A stretch of DNA of 64,000 nt, from the NCBI GenBank assembly GCA_002269645.1, contig NIVC01003725.1, forward strand, positions 16,484-80,483, written 5' to 3'. The translations under genes were made by a program, and so were the position numbers. Below the pieces are notes generated by a model. The model ran no database searches, had not been told where the DNA came from, and worked only from the letters and a program-made list of their open reading frames with translations. This document shows, in pieces, positions 49,615 through 61,000 of the stretch; positions within the stretch are counted from its first letter, which is position 1, and the number at the start of each line of letters is the position of its first letter. The stretch comes from Macrostomum lignano (Eukaryota).

Positions 49615-52099
49615 GTGAGTCCCGTCTGCTGCTTTTGCTGCTCGCCCAGCAACCGATTCTCATGCTCTTTTTTTGAGGGCCTGTCGGCTTCTGCGCGCTT
49701 TTTGTGAATTTTAAATTTCGCCCAACAAGCTGCTCAATCGCTTTCCCTTCTCTCCCATCGCTCACAGGAGCCTCAAAACTGCTTGTTTGGTCAAAGCCTT
49801 TTTAAAGAGAGCCGCCGCTTCTGGGTGTTGGGGAGCTCCATCTTGCCGCTTCTCAAAGGGGAGAGGAGGGCGCTGCCAACTGGTGTTTGCGCAATGGGAA
49901 TTAAATCTCCCATCCCAGGGCGGGCCGGTCAACACAGGGGGAGAAGAGGGAATCGAACTTGCGACTAGGCTCAGATGAGGATGGAGTGGTGATTCCCTAC
50001 TGAGCCAGGTGGCTCTACAGGACAGAATAGTGAGACTGGAATCACTTTGGCGGTTGAAAGATGAAGAGACGGGGAGAAGGGAATAGGGACATGTAGAGTA
50101 AGGGGGAGAGGTCAACTGCCCTGTTAGTTTAAAGGACGACAGAGTTGCCTTATTTCTTGCAGCCGCGGCCCCTAGTAAGTAGTTTCCAAGCTCTACTTGA
50201 CTCAAGTGCGGTCTGTGGGGCAGGACTTCTGACATAACAGCGGCTGGCTGCCTGTACAGCCTGTGTGAGCGGGTTGACTGTCGCCTCGAGTTGCGGCATA
50301 GAGAGAGCATGGAGAGGCAGGGCTAAGATAGAGATGCATCAGTTTGACGCAATAAACAAAGTCGTAAAATTTTCAAACGCACTGCTCAGCACTTTCCGCT
50401 GGCCCGGTTGGATCTAAAAACTGATCAACTCATGCTCAACTGACGGCGCAGCAGGCAGGGCGAGTTTTTATTGCATAATTGGCGTCTCGCTTTCAGAGTT
50501 GTAAAAACTGCTCACCCCCTGCCATTGCAATGCCGCTTGGCTTCCGGCAAGAGAGCAGTTGAGTGATGAAGACCGGACCATATTGGCTGTCACCAGCCGC
50601 TTGGCCGGCTCCCAGCTGGAGTCAATCAGCGAAAAGAATTTTTTTTCGGGCCTCCAAATAAATTCGAGCCAGGATTCAATAAATTCTTTAACCCGGCCGG
50701 GATTATTGCGTCACCCGTCAGTCAGCCGGGGCTGGGAGCGGGCAATTAGAGAGCTGAGCTCGGCTCTCCAGCTCAATAAAACTGCAACCTGCCCTGCGCT
50801 GCGGCCTGGGATTAGCTGGGGGGGGGAGGTTGGCGGCCAGCCCTTTTCGATGCGAAGAGAATATAAAAGAAGAGAATATGAAACAATCATTTGCGCCCCC
50901 GAGGCGAGGGCAGCCGCGGAGCGGGGAGTCGCGATGGCACGCAAGGGATTAATAAGAATAGTTCTCAGCTTGAGTAAGCATTAGCAAGCAATGATTAGGC
51001 CTTAGTTAAGGTAGTGAACTCCGCACTGCTGCAGTTGCCTTATCGCAGTTAACAGAAATTTAACTGAAGCAGCTCAGCTTTATTTGCACCTGGCCCTACT
51101 GGCAGTCAAGCGCTGCCAAGTGGCCCCCACCAGCGCGCACCGGATGCGGCTTCTGAAGGCGGCGCACAGGAAGTGCGCGGAGGCGAGGCGGAGAAGAAGC
51201 GGGAAGGGAGGGAGAGGCAGAACTGAAGGCAGTGCAGGCAGCGCCAGTCGCCTCCCCGCTGCATTGTTGGCTGCCCGTTTTGGTGCATCAGGCATCGGGC
51301 TGGCTGAGTTCGCTGCACTTTTTCTGACGATTCAGGCAGTGGCGGTGGGAAGCTTCATCATCATCTTCCCTCTCTTTCTCGGCGAGGTTCTGGTGGGTTC
51401 GATTCCACCCACGTGGCATGGACCCTCGAGGACCACGCCTATGAGGGCCAACCTGGAAGACTCAAAGTTTGTACCTACCTTAATGCCTCTCCAATCGCCT
51501 TCTCCTCTCTCCCTCTCCGTCTCCATCTCCGTCCCCTCCTAGCGGCAGCCGGTCTGTCCGAGGTTATTCTTCGCCCACTTTCTTTCGCCTCCTTTTGCTA
51601 AACTTTCACTCTCTCTCCATCACTCCTGCCGGGCTCTGCGATTCAAATGATTTGCATCCGCGGTTTCACCGCTTCTTCGGGGTGTTGATTGCAGTTTGGC
51701 AAGTTTTCCAAATAGCAAAAATTCCTGCAAAGTCGCCAAGCCGGCAGTTCCGGCGGCTAAGACGGGAATTTCGACTGAGATGAACCCGGGAGCCGCCAGC
51801 CGCCAGTGCCCGGGTGACAGGCCGGCTGTAAAACTGTAAACTCTTCGGGAGTTGAAACGAAAAAACGGAATCAGCTTTTCCTCTCCTGTGACGGCTGTCG
51901 GGGAGGCGGGGCTCGCGCAGATTGCGCTGTCCCCCGGTGGCGCCTCCATCAGTCAAAATTGGGACTGAGGAGGGGCGGCTGAATGAAAACCGTAGAGACG
52001 AATATCCCTGACGGGGGGAATTATCTGAAACGTTCACGGATGCATTGGGAAGAGTTCGGTGCAGGGTGCAGATGCAGGGTTTCACAATCTTCACGAGCT

Positions 52100-52515
52100 C
52101 GAAGATTCACAAGATTGATAATTCAACAAGATCGAAGATTCACAAGATTGAAGATTTACAAGATTGAAGATTCACAAGATTGAAGATTTACAAGATTGAA
52201 GATTCACAAGATTAAAGATTCACAAGATAAAAGATTCACAAGATTTAAGATTCACAAGCTAGAAGATTCACAAGATCGAATATTCACAAGGTTAAACATT
52301 CACAAGATTGAAGACTCACAAGATTGAAGATTCACAAGATTAAAGATTCACAAGATCGAAGATTCACAAGATAAAAGATTCACAAGATTTAAGATTCACA
52401 AGCCAGAAGATTCACAAGATCGAATATTCACAAGGTTAAAGATTCACAAGATTAACGATTCACAAGAATAAAGTTTCACAATATTAAAGATTCACAAGAT
52501 TAAAGATTCACAAGC
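52100..52515. repeat. 17-bp minisatellite (AAGATTCACAAGATTGA)n
   Basis: Direct reading. Confidence 0.92.
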
Positions 52516-52769
52516 TGTAGATGATTAAAATTTCACATCATTGAAGAAGTTTTGAGTTTCTGAAATTTGGCACAAGTTTTGAACTGCATTGTTGTTTAGT
52601 CATTAACAATACAATATTTTCAGCTAGTGAAAGCGACCCTGTGCAGCGGCCCATTTCTCATAGTCAAGCTGTGAGGATTTTGTGCGGTTGGACCTAAAAT
52701 CGAGCCTGGAACCTTTGACACAATTTCGTTGAATTGGCATCATCACTGTACACCTCTAAACTTCCGCAG

Positions 52770-52988
52770 ATGAAGGTGATCGTCAAGGTAGTTTCGAAGG
52801 AGACCGGGGGTGCCGCATGTATGTCAGCCGACAGTCGCCGGCGCCAGGTGACCGTCTTCGACCCCGCCGCTCTGCACCACCACCGGCAACCCGCCGCCAC
52901 CACCGCCGCCTCTACCACAGGCGGGCAGAGCAAACTGGCACCGAAACTCTTCTCCTTCGATGCCGTCTTTACAGAGGAGAGCAGCTTG
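52770..52988 (+). CDS. KIF26: Kinesin-11 (KIF26/VAB-8-like) motor domain exon
   Basis: CTTCCGCAG|ATGAAG acceptor, TTG|GTGCGT donor; MKVIVKV...RRQVTVFDP...APKLFSFDAVF matches KIF26 VKVMLRI...KKQITLYDP...PPKMFAFDAVF. Confidence 0.93.
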
Positions 52989-53004
52989 GTGCGTTCGGTG
53001 ACTC

Positions 53005-53440
53005 TGGGTGATGTTGAATGATGCTGGGTGATGCTGGGTGATGCTGGGTGATGCTGGGTGATGCTGGATGATGCCGGGTGATGTTGAATGATGCTGGGTG
53101 ATGCTGTGAGATGCTGGGTGATGCTGGGTGATGCTGGGTGATGCTGGGTGATGCTGGGTGATGTAGGGCGAAGCAGAGTGAGACTGGGTGATGCTGGAAA
53201 ATGTTGGTTGATTCAGGGTGATGCTGGGGTGATGCTGGGTGACGCAGGGGGATATTGATGGCTTCTGGGTGATGCTGGGTGATGCTGGGTGATGCTGGAA
53301 AATGTTAGTTGATTCATGGTGATGCTGAGTGATGCTTGGTGATGTAGAGCGACCAGGATGATACAGGGTGGTTCTGGGTGATTCCGGGTGATGCTGGGTG
53401 GATCCGGGTGATTCCGGGTGATGCTGGGTGATGCTGGCTG
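53005..53440. repeat. 10-bp satellite (GATGCTGGGT)n
   Basis: Direct reading; starts ~16 nt after the 52989 donor. Confidence 0.93.
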
Positions 53441-54339
53441 ATGCAGAGTAACTGCAGAGTGGCGCATTTCTGAGCCAGAGCTGCAGAGTAGATCAGTTAA
53501 TTTTGATTATCGAGTCACTTTTATTACCGGGCGGTGTCTCCCCAAATCGAGCAAATTCATTTTTTGCATATTTTTCTCAGAATTGCCGCCGATTTTCGGC
53601 CGACTGCCATCCATCACCAGCCGTTTCTCCATCTAATCCGCTCTCGCAGTCGCCAGAAAAAATGGCGGGGGTGGTAGAGGTAGACTATGGAGAGCTGCAG
53701 CATTCATCGGAAATGTTTTGCCCAATTCTCCCCAAAAATACAAATATCCCCACAAGGCCATCCAACACTCTCCAGCTTTGAAGCTGGGGCGAAGTTCTCT
53801 TTGTGCCGTTCCGCCGGTTTCCGGGTGGGTCAGCCGCATTGGGCGAGTCCCGCCGTGCCTCAGCATCTCTTCCTCATCAGAGACAGTGGAGTCCTCTGTC
53901 CCCCGCCACCCCCCATGCAAATCAGAGCGCGGCGGAGCTCAGACAGAAAATCCTGGCTAAAGCAAGATCGGGTTTTATTGTCGAGCTCTTAATCACCGCG
54001 CCTCTCATTTCAACGACATTTTTGTCGTCAGCCGAATCTCGATATGGGGAGCCCCGTCTGGCCCCTTTTTCGCTGCCAAAAGGGCCGACAATAAAGCTGC
54101 CCCTGATGCGGCTGATTTACAGCTTTCCTCGCCCCCGTCTGCGCCTGTGTGCGCCCAGGGAGACGGAGCGATGGAAACAGGGGACCCGATGATGGCTGTA
54201 AGAGTGCCCGCCGCCCATGACGTGGAGACAGAGCGGAGACTTTCAGATTTATAGCTGAGTCCGGGAGCGTTAGAGACGAGAGAGGAAAGATTATGGATGA
54301 ATTGCTGGACTGATGAGAGTCTGCAGATGCACTTTTGAT

Positions 54340-54770
54340 AGCTTCAGAAGAGGTTCAGGAGAGATTCAGGTGATGCTCAGGAGAGATTCAGGGGAGATTC
54401 ATGAGAGAATCATGAGATATTCAGGAGATATTCAGGAGATATTCAGGAGAGATTCAGGAGATGTTCAGGAGATGTTCAGGAGATGTTCAGGAGATATTTA
54501 TGAGATATTCATGAGATGTTCAGGAGATATTTATGAAGTATTCAGGAGATATTCAGAAGATATTCAGGAGAGATTCAGGGGAGATTCAGAGGAGATTCAG
54601 GTAAGATTCAGGTGAGATCTGAATCTCTCTCTATTAGTCAGAGATTTAGAGAGCTTCAGGGGAGATTCAGGGCAGATTCAGAAAAGATTCATGGGAGATT
54701 CAGAAGAGATTCAGGGCAGATTCAGGGGAGATTCAGAAGAAATTCAGGTGATATTCAGGAGAGATTCGAG
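54340..54770. repeat. Degenerate 11-13 bp repeat (GGAGATTCA / GGAGATATTCA)
   Basis: Direct reading. Confidence 0.85.
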
Positions 54771-54852
54771 GGTATATTTCTTAGCCGAAATTAAGCTAAA
54801 CCAACCAACAAACGAGCTTTAAAATCGCATCATCGCCTGCTCCCTGTTTCAG

Positions 54853-54946
54853 CCCGAGCTCTGCTCAGCCGCCCTGCCCGAAATCATCCAGGGCGTAGTG
54901 AGCGGCTCAGACGGCTGCGTGTTCGTGTTCGGCTATGGCGGTCTCG
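54853..54946 (+). CDS. KIF26: KIF26-like motor exon (first half of P-loop)
   Basis: TGTTTCAG acceptor, CTCG|GTGAGT donor (phase 1); PELCSAALPEIIQGVVSGSDGCVFVFGYGGL matches KIF26 EVC...[22 protein letters not shown]. Confidence 0.93.
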
Positions 54947-55009
54947 GTGAGTCTCTTGAAATTTTTAGGAAAGGGGGTGGCACTGCATTTTTCTGGGGAT
55001 GCTGGGAAA

Positions 55010-55325
55010 TCTAATCTATCTAGCTGCTGGCAGATTGCTAATCTAATCTAATCTATCTAGCTGCTGGCAGATTGCTAATCTAATCTAATCTATCTAGCTG
55101 CTGACAGATCGCTAATCTAATCTAATCTATCTAGCTGCTGGCAGATTGCTAATCTAATCTAATCTATCTAGCTGCTGGCAGATTGCTAATCTAATCTAAT
55201 CTATCTAGCTGCTGGCAGATTGCTAATCTAATCTAATCTATCTAGCTGCTGGCAGATTGCTAATCTAATCTAATCTATCTAGCTGCTGGCAGATTGCTAA
55301 TCTAATCTAATCTATCTAGCTGCTA
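55010..55325. repeat. 37-bp minisatellite, ~8 copies
   Basis: Unit CTAATCTAATCTAATCTATCTAGCTGCTGGCAGATTG; period 37 (55021 to 55058). Confidence 0.95.
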
Positions 55326-56304
55326 GCAGACCATCTCGCACACCTGTCTCTGGGTACTCTTTCCAGATTTATCATTCGCGCCGATGCCAATTGGCAGTGT
55401 GGATTTGCAGAAATCGGATTAGTGTAAATCCTACAAAGTCTGCCCCTACAGTTGTGCGGGCCTGGCCGATCAAAGCTTTGACAGGCGCGCCAGAAAACAA
55501 AGCACAATTACATGCACTGTTGGCACTTCCAGCTAATCTGGCCATTGTCCAACAGCGGAGCCCACGGCCGAGAATAACTTGGTGCTGCACTTTTCGGCCA
55601 CCCCCAGTCAGTTCTTGTTGTTAAAACCCAGAGCGCCGAGGGAGCAACAGGGCGCTCCTGCGGTTCCCCTTACCAGCATCTGTTGCTAAACAGCGAAGTG
55701 CGAGAGAGGGCAACCGGCCCGAAGGCCGCGGCCGCATGGGACAGAGGTCCGGCATTTTCAACGGCAAAGAATCCCCCCCCCTGCTTGCCCTGCCTTCAAA
55801 GTCGCTCTCAAGTCGCCCCCACATTCTTCTGGGACAGAGGGAGAAGAGGAGGCACCGGACTGGCCTGCCCACTTCACTTGAAACCTCGTGTTGCCGGCCG
55901 GGCAACCAGCGAAGGGCCGACCGGCTTCCCCCCCCCGCGGTCTCTGCCGGGCTGGCGAAAGCCTCGCTGTCAGGGAGCCTCTTCGCAAACTTTTTTCTTG
56001 GCGTCAGTTGCTTCCGCCCGCCCCCTAGCTCCCCCCCTGTCCTCCCGATGAAGCGGATATCGGAGACTGGGAGGAGGGCATCTCCCCAACAATGGCAGGC
56101 TGGACCAGCTTCGCCCTTCAGCTGTGCGAGCTCAGGGGAATAGGGGAGCGGCTAATTGGCTCCCTGGCTGACCCCGCCGCCTGCCGGGTTGACCGGCTGA
56201 TGCAGAAGTGAGCAGCCCTGCAGGCTACTTTTGGTAGATTAATTAGTCAGCAAGTTCTTCTGGAAATATATTCAAGATTGGGCGGCCCTATAATTCACGA
56301 AACT

Positions 56305-56735
56305 GAATAGATTAGCAGTCCATTCTAATCCTGCTTACTATGGAATAGATTAGCAATCCATTCTAATCCTGCTTACTATGGAATAGATTAGCAATCCATC
56401 CTAACTCTGCTAATATTGAATAGATTAGCAATCCATTATAATCCTGCTAGTATTGAATAGATTAGCGATCCATTATAATCCTGCTTACTATGGAATAGAT
56501 TAGCAATCCATTCTAACTCTGCTAATATTGAATAGATTAGCGATCCATTATAATCCTGCTTACTTGGAATAGATTAGCAATCCATTCTAATCCTGCTAGT
56601 ATTGAATAGATTAGCGATCCATTATAATCCTGCTTACTATGGAATATATTAGCAATCCATTCTAATCCTTCTTACTATGGAATAGATTAGCAATCCATTC
56701 TAATCCTGCTTACTATGGAATAGATTAGCAATCCA
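56305..56735. repeat. 38-bp minisatellite, ~11 copies
   Basis: Unit GAATAGATTAGCAATCCATTCTAATCCTGCTTACTATG; period 38 (56343 to 56381). Confidence 0.95.
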
Positions 56736-57915
56736 TTTGCATCCAGAACTCCCAGCCCACCAGCCCACTGACCCCGGAGAGGAATTCGCATATTTTTCCC
56801 CCGGTTGCTCTTTTCCCCTCGAATCGGCGGCAGCCCCAGCCAGCTCAGAAGTGCTCCGCCATCCATCTCTCTGGCGTCCTCTTTGGTCTGCCGACTCCCA
56901 TGTTCCCGCAGCACGCTTGAGGGGGTATCGATCTTGGGACGCGCTCCCACCTCCCGGCTCGCTGGCGAGCGGAGTCCCCGCCGCCGCTGTCCCAGACTGC
57001 CCCCCAGACTCCTCGAAGAGTCCCTCCGCAGCGTATGCAGATTCTATGCAGATGGGAAAGCGAGCCGCCGCCTCTTCTCCTTCTCCCAGCTGCCCCGGCA
57101 TCATCTCGTTGCTAGCCCCGCATTTTTGTGTAGAGTGCGGGTAGTGGGGGGGGGCTTGGCGAGGGCCGGCCGTCGCCCAGAAACACGGCAATTGAATTAT
57201 GGAGGGGCGGCCGCATCGGGGAGGGCGGGGAGATGGGCGAGTAGGGAGGAGACGGCCACGTGAGCAGAGGGAAGGGCGCCGTTTAGTCCAGTTTGCGACT
57301 GCGCTGCCACAGAGAGCTCGAGCCGCGGACAGTCAGAGTCCCTCAGAGTGCGCCAGAGAGAGTCGCAACCGGGAGCTGCGGCGACCCCCACCGCCAATCC
57401 ACTAATGCTGGGCTCGTGTCCGGGAATCCAGCAATCAACCGGCCGTTGGAGTGGCTCGCATTCTAGCGGAGGACGCAAACTTACGCGAGTCCAGTGCGCC
57501 TTGTCCTAAGGGAATCAATAATTGGGATAAATGGAAGAAAATGAGGATTTAATGCAAATTTTTCCTGTTATTGAGAAATCGACTCAACTGTTCACTGGAA
57601 GCGGCAGTTGTCTTGCCGAAGTACTCGGCGGGAAGTTGGTATTGAAAGTCCTGGCCGTGCAGTTTAAGGGGATAAACCCCTCGTCTATAGATAAATGGTA
57701 AAATTGCTTTGGTTTCTGTTAGTCGATGCTTCGCTGTCGATGACAGACGGACAGACACGGCGGGGTTTTGTCGCAGAAAGCGACTGACTGAATGGGGGCG
57801 GCTTGGCGGCCCAGGGGTCAAGGGGGGAGCGCTTGCAGAAGGGGACAGAGAGCTTGAGTGACCGGTGGTGGCAGTTCGTTTCTCGCTGTGCTGTCTGAAC
57901 TTTCTCTTGCTCCTT

Positions 57916-57968
<53 letters not shown>

Positions 57969-58804
57969 CTTGAACTTGGCCCCCGGATTGCGGCTTCCAC
58001 TCAGCTTTCTCTCCTCGCCCGGCCCCATCTCAGCCGCCATCCTCTCTCAGTGAGTGAAGAAGTCGGCTTCAATCAGAGCCGCTGTCTGCGCCAGTCACGC
58101 CAGCGCTTCTCAGCTCCGAGACGTTTCTCTCGCCGCTGCCCCGAATCCCCCTCCCGCTCCAGACAGCCCAGCTCGGGTCCCCCAGCTCAGCGCACCCCTC
58201 TTCTTCCCAAACTTCGCCGGGAGAACCAAAGAAAAGAGCTAAAAGTTCTGCACTGGCAGAGCGGCGCCGGGGTGAGGAGCGGGATGGCAGCCGGCCAAAT
58301 CCCCTCACTCATTCGCATCTCTTAAATCTTTCGGCGCCCCGCTCTCTTAATTTGCATCGCCCTGTCGAGCAGCAACTATGAATGAGTGCTGGATGGGGGG
58401 CCTCCCAGATTCATGCACACTTTTTATATCGCGTGCCAGCTTCTGTCAGTGCGGCGGGACCCCCTCGGCGGCAGGGGCGCCTTTGATGGCCCGTTCTTAA
58501 TTAGCCGCAGCGCTAGTATGCTGAGCTGAGGTCACGGCCGCCGGCAGAGGTCGCGCGGGAATTCCTTCACGAGGCTGACTGTCATCTTTGTGTTTTGTTT
58601 TCAATTCGGAAATCCGAGAGCTTAGAAGCATTTTCGAGCCCGAATGCTTCGAATTTGTACTGTTTTGCTCCGTAATTTACGCTCGTAATGTTGAAGAAAT
58701 TTTGTTGCAGAGCAGTTCAAATCGGGACCAGGCGGCGCACGCAGAACCTAGACTTCTCATCCTCTTGTACATGGGAGTTTGGCTCTCAAGCACCAAATTA
58801 TTGA

Positions 58805-58888
58805 GGGCATGTGCGGAATCGAACCCAGGACGAATCTAGTTAGCATCCTAGTTAGCTGCGTTGCCACTCAGCCCCCACACTGCGCCCC
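58805..58888 (-). other. Decayed tRNA-like / SINE-head sequence
   Basis: Minus strand has A-box-like GGCTGAGTGG and B-box GGTTCGATTCC at tRNA-like spacing; stems do not fold cleanly. Confidence 0.35.
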
Positions 58889-58958
58889 GCAAACACCGAG
58901 GCTGTACATCATCGGCTTGATCTCACTCGATTACCTCACTCGCCCTGGCACCCCGCAG

Positions 58959-59635
58959 GCAAGACCCACACGATGGTTGGCAGCGACGTGTCCCCGAGCG
59001 GCGCCGGCGTCATCCCCTGCGCCATCGCCTGGCTGTTCCGCGCCATCAGCGAGCAGCGCGAGGCCGCCAGCGGCGCCAGATTCTCTGTCCGCGTCAGTGC
59101 GGTCGAGTTGGCCGGCCGCGACGAGGCTCTGCGCGACCTGCTGGGCGAGGCGGCCTCGCCTGCGGCGCCGGCGTCGGCAGCGGTGTCCACGGAGGCCTAC
59201 CTGCGCGACGATCCGATCACCGGGTCGCAGCTGGAGAACCAGTCGGAGCTGCGGGCGCCGACGCCGGAGAAGGCCGCCGCCTACCTGGACGCGGCGCTCA
59301 GCGCCCGGTCGACATCGTCCAGCTCCGGAGACGGCGGCGGCAGCGGGATGTCGCACCTGCTGTTCACCCTGCACCTGTACCAATACCGGGTCGAGCGCAC
59401 CGGGATCGGCCGGGGCGTGGCCGGTGGCCGGTCCCGGCTGCACCTGATTGACCTCGGCTGCGGCCGGGGAGGTCGCGACGCGGGCCACCCGGCGCTGAGC
59501 CTGGCCGCCATGGGCAGCGTGTTGGCCGCCCTGGTCAACGGGCAGCGCAGGGTGCCGCACCGGGACTCGAAGCTCAGCCAGCTGCTCAGAGAGGCGCTCG
59601 GCTCCACGGGCTGCAGGGCCTGCATGATTTGCCAG
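58959..59635 (+). CDS. KIF26: KIF26-like motor domain core exon
   Basis: CCCCGCAG|GC acceptor completes GLGKTHTM; [47 protein letters not shown] and [13 protein letters not shown] match KIF26; donor CCAG|GTATGG at 59636. Confidence 0.96.
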
Positions 59636-59664
59636 GTATGGGGCCGGGGCTTCCGGGCTGAGGT

Positions 59665-60880
59665 AGAATGGACAATCAGCCAGGTGGAATAGACAATCTG
59701 CCAGGTGGAATGGACAATCAGCCAGGTGGAATGGACAATCTGCCAGGTAGAATGGACAGTCTGCCAGGTGGAATGGACAATCTGCCAGGTGGAATGGACA
59801 ATCTGCCAGGTAGAATGGACAGTCTGCCAGGTGGAATGGACAATCTGCCAGGTGGAATGGACAATCTGCCAGGTGGAATGGACAATCTGCCAGGTGGAAT
59901 GGACAATCTGCCAGGTGGAATGGACAATCAGCCAGGTGGAATAGACAATCTGCCAGGTAGAATGGACAGTCTGCCAGGTGGAATGGACAATCTGCCAGGT
60001 GGAATGGACAATCTGCCAGGTGGAATGGACAATCTGCCAGGTAGAATGGACAGTCTGCCAGGTGGAATGGACAGTCTGCCAGGTGGAATGGACAATCTGC
60101 CAGGTGGAATGGACAGTCTGCCAGGTAGAATGGACAGTCTGCCAGGTGGAATGGAGAATCTGCCAGGTGGAATGGACAATCTGCCAGGTAGAATGGACAA
60201 TCTGCCAGGTGGAATGGACAATCTGCCAGGTGGAATGGACAATCAGCCAGGTGGAATAGACAATCTGCCAGGTAGAATGGACAGTCTGCCAGGTGGAATG
60301 GACAATCTGCCAGGTGGAATGGACAATCTGCCAGGTGGAATGGACAATCTGCCAGGTGGAATGGACAATCTGCCAGGTGGAATGGACAATCTGCCAGGTG
60401 GAATGGACAATCTGCCAGGTGGAATGGACAGTCTGCCAGGTGGAATGGACAATCTGCCAGGTGGAATGGACAGTCTGCCAGGTAGAATGGACAGTCTGCC
60501 AGGTGGAATGGACAATCTGCCAGGTGGAATGGACAATCTGCCAGGTGGAATGGACAATCTGCCAGGTGGAATGGACAATCTGCCAGGTGGAATGGACAAT
60601 CTGCCAGGTGGAATGGACAATCAGCCAGGTGGAATGGACAATCTGCCAGGTAGAATGGACAATCTGCCAGGTGGAATGGACAATCTGCCAGGTGGAATGG
60701 ACAATCTGCCAGGTAGAATGGACAGTCTGCCAGGTGGAATGGACAATCTGCCAGGTAGAATGGACAGTCTGCCAGGTGGAATGGACAATCTGCCAGGTGG
60801 AATAGAATATCAGCCAGGTAGAATGGACAGTCTGCCAGGTAGAATGGACAATCTGCCAGGTGGAATGGACAATCTGCCAA
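59665..60880. repeat. 21-bp minisatellite (CCAGGTGGAATGGACAATCTG)n, ~58 copies, filling most of a KIF26 intron
   Basis: Direct reading. Confidence 0.97.
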
Positions 60881-61000
60881 CCAGACGATCTGTCAAGTGG
60901 AATCGAGAATCCTACTGCAATAAAAATGGAGAGGGAAATGATGAATAAAAAAAATAAAAAAGTTCAAATCAATATTTACTAAATTGTTGTTCACCTTCAG

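Noticed and set aside
49768-49978. AFLKRAA, resembling the KIF26 FFARAA motif, after a good acceptor
   Set aside because: It lies downstream of where that motif should be, is not in the frame required by the upstream donor, and has no clear donor; likely chance, though an alternative exon is not excluded.
51385-51415. B-box-like GGTTCGATTCC hairpin (similar motifs near 85 and 16190)
   Set aside because: No A box at proper spacing and no cloverleaf.
58931-60948. Long repeat ORFs (LADCPFH)n and (MDNLPGG)n
   Set aside because: Products of a stop-poor 21-bp intronic satellite between two clear KIF26 exons.
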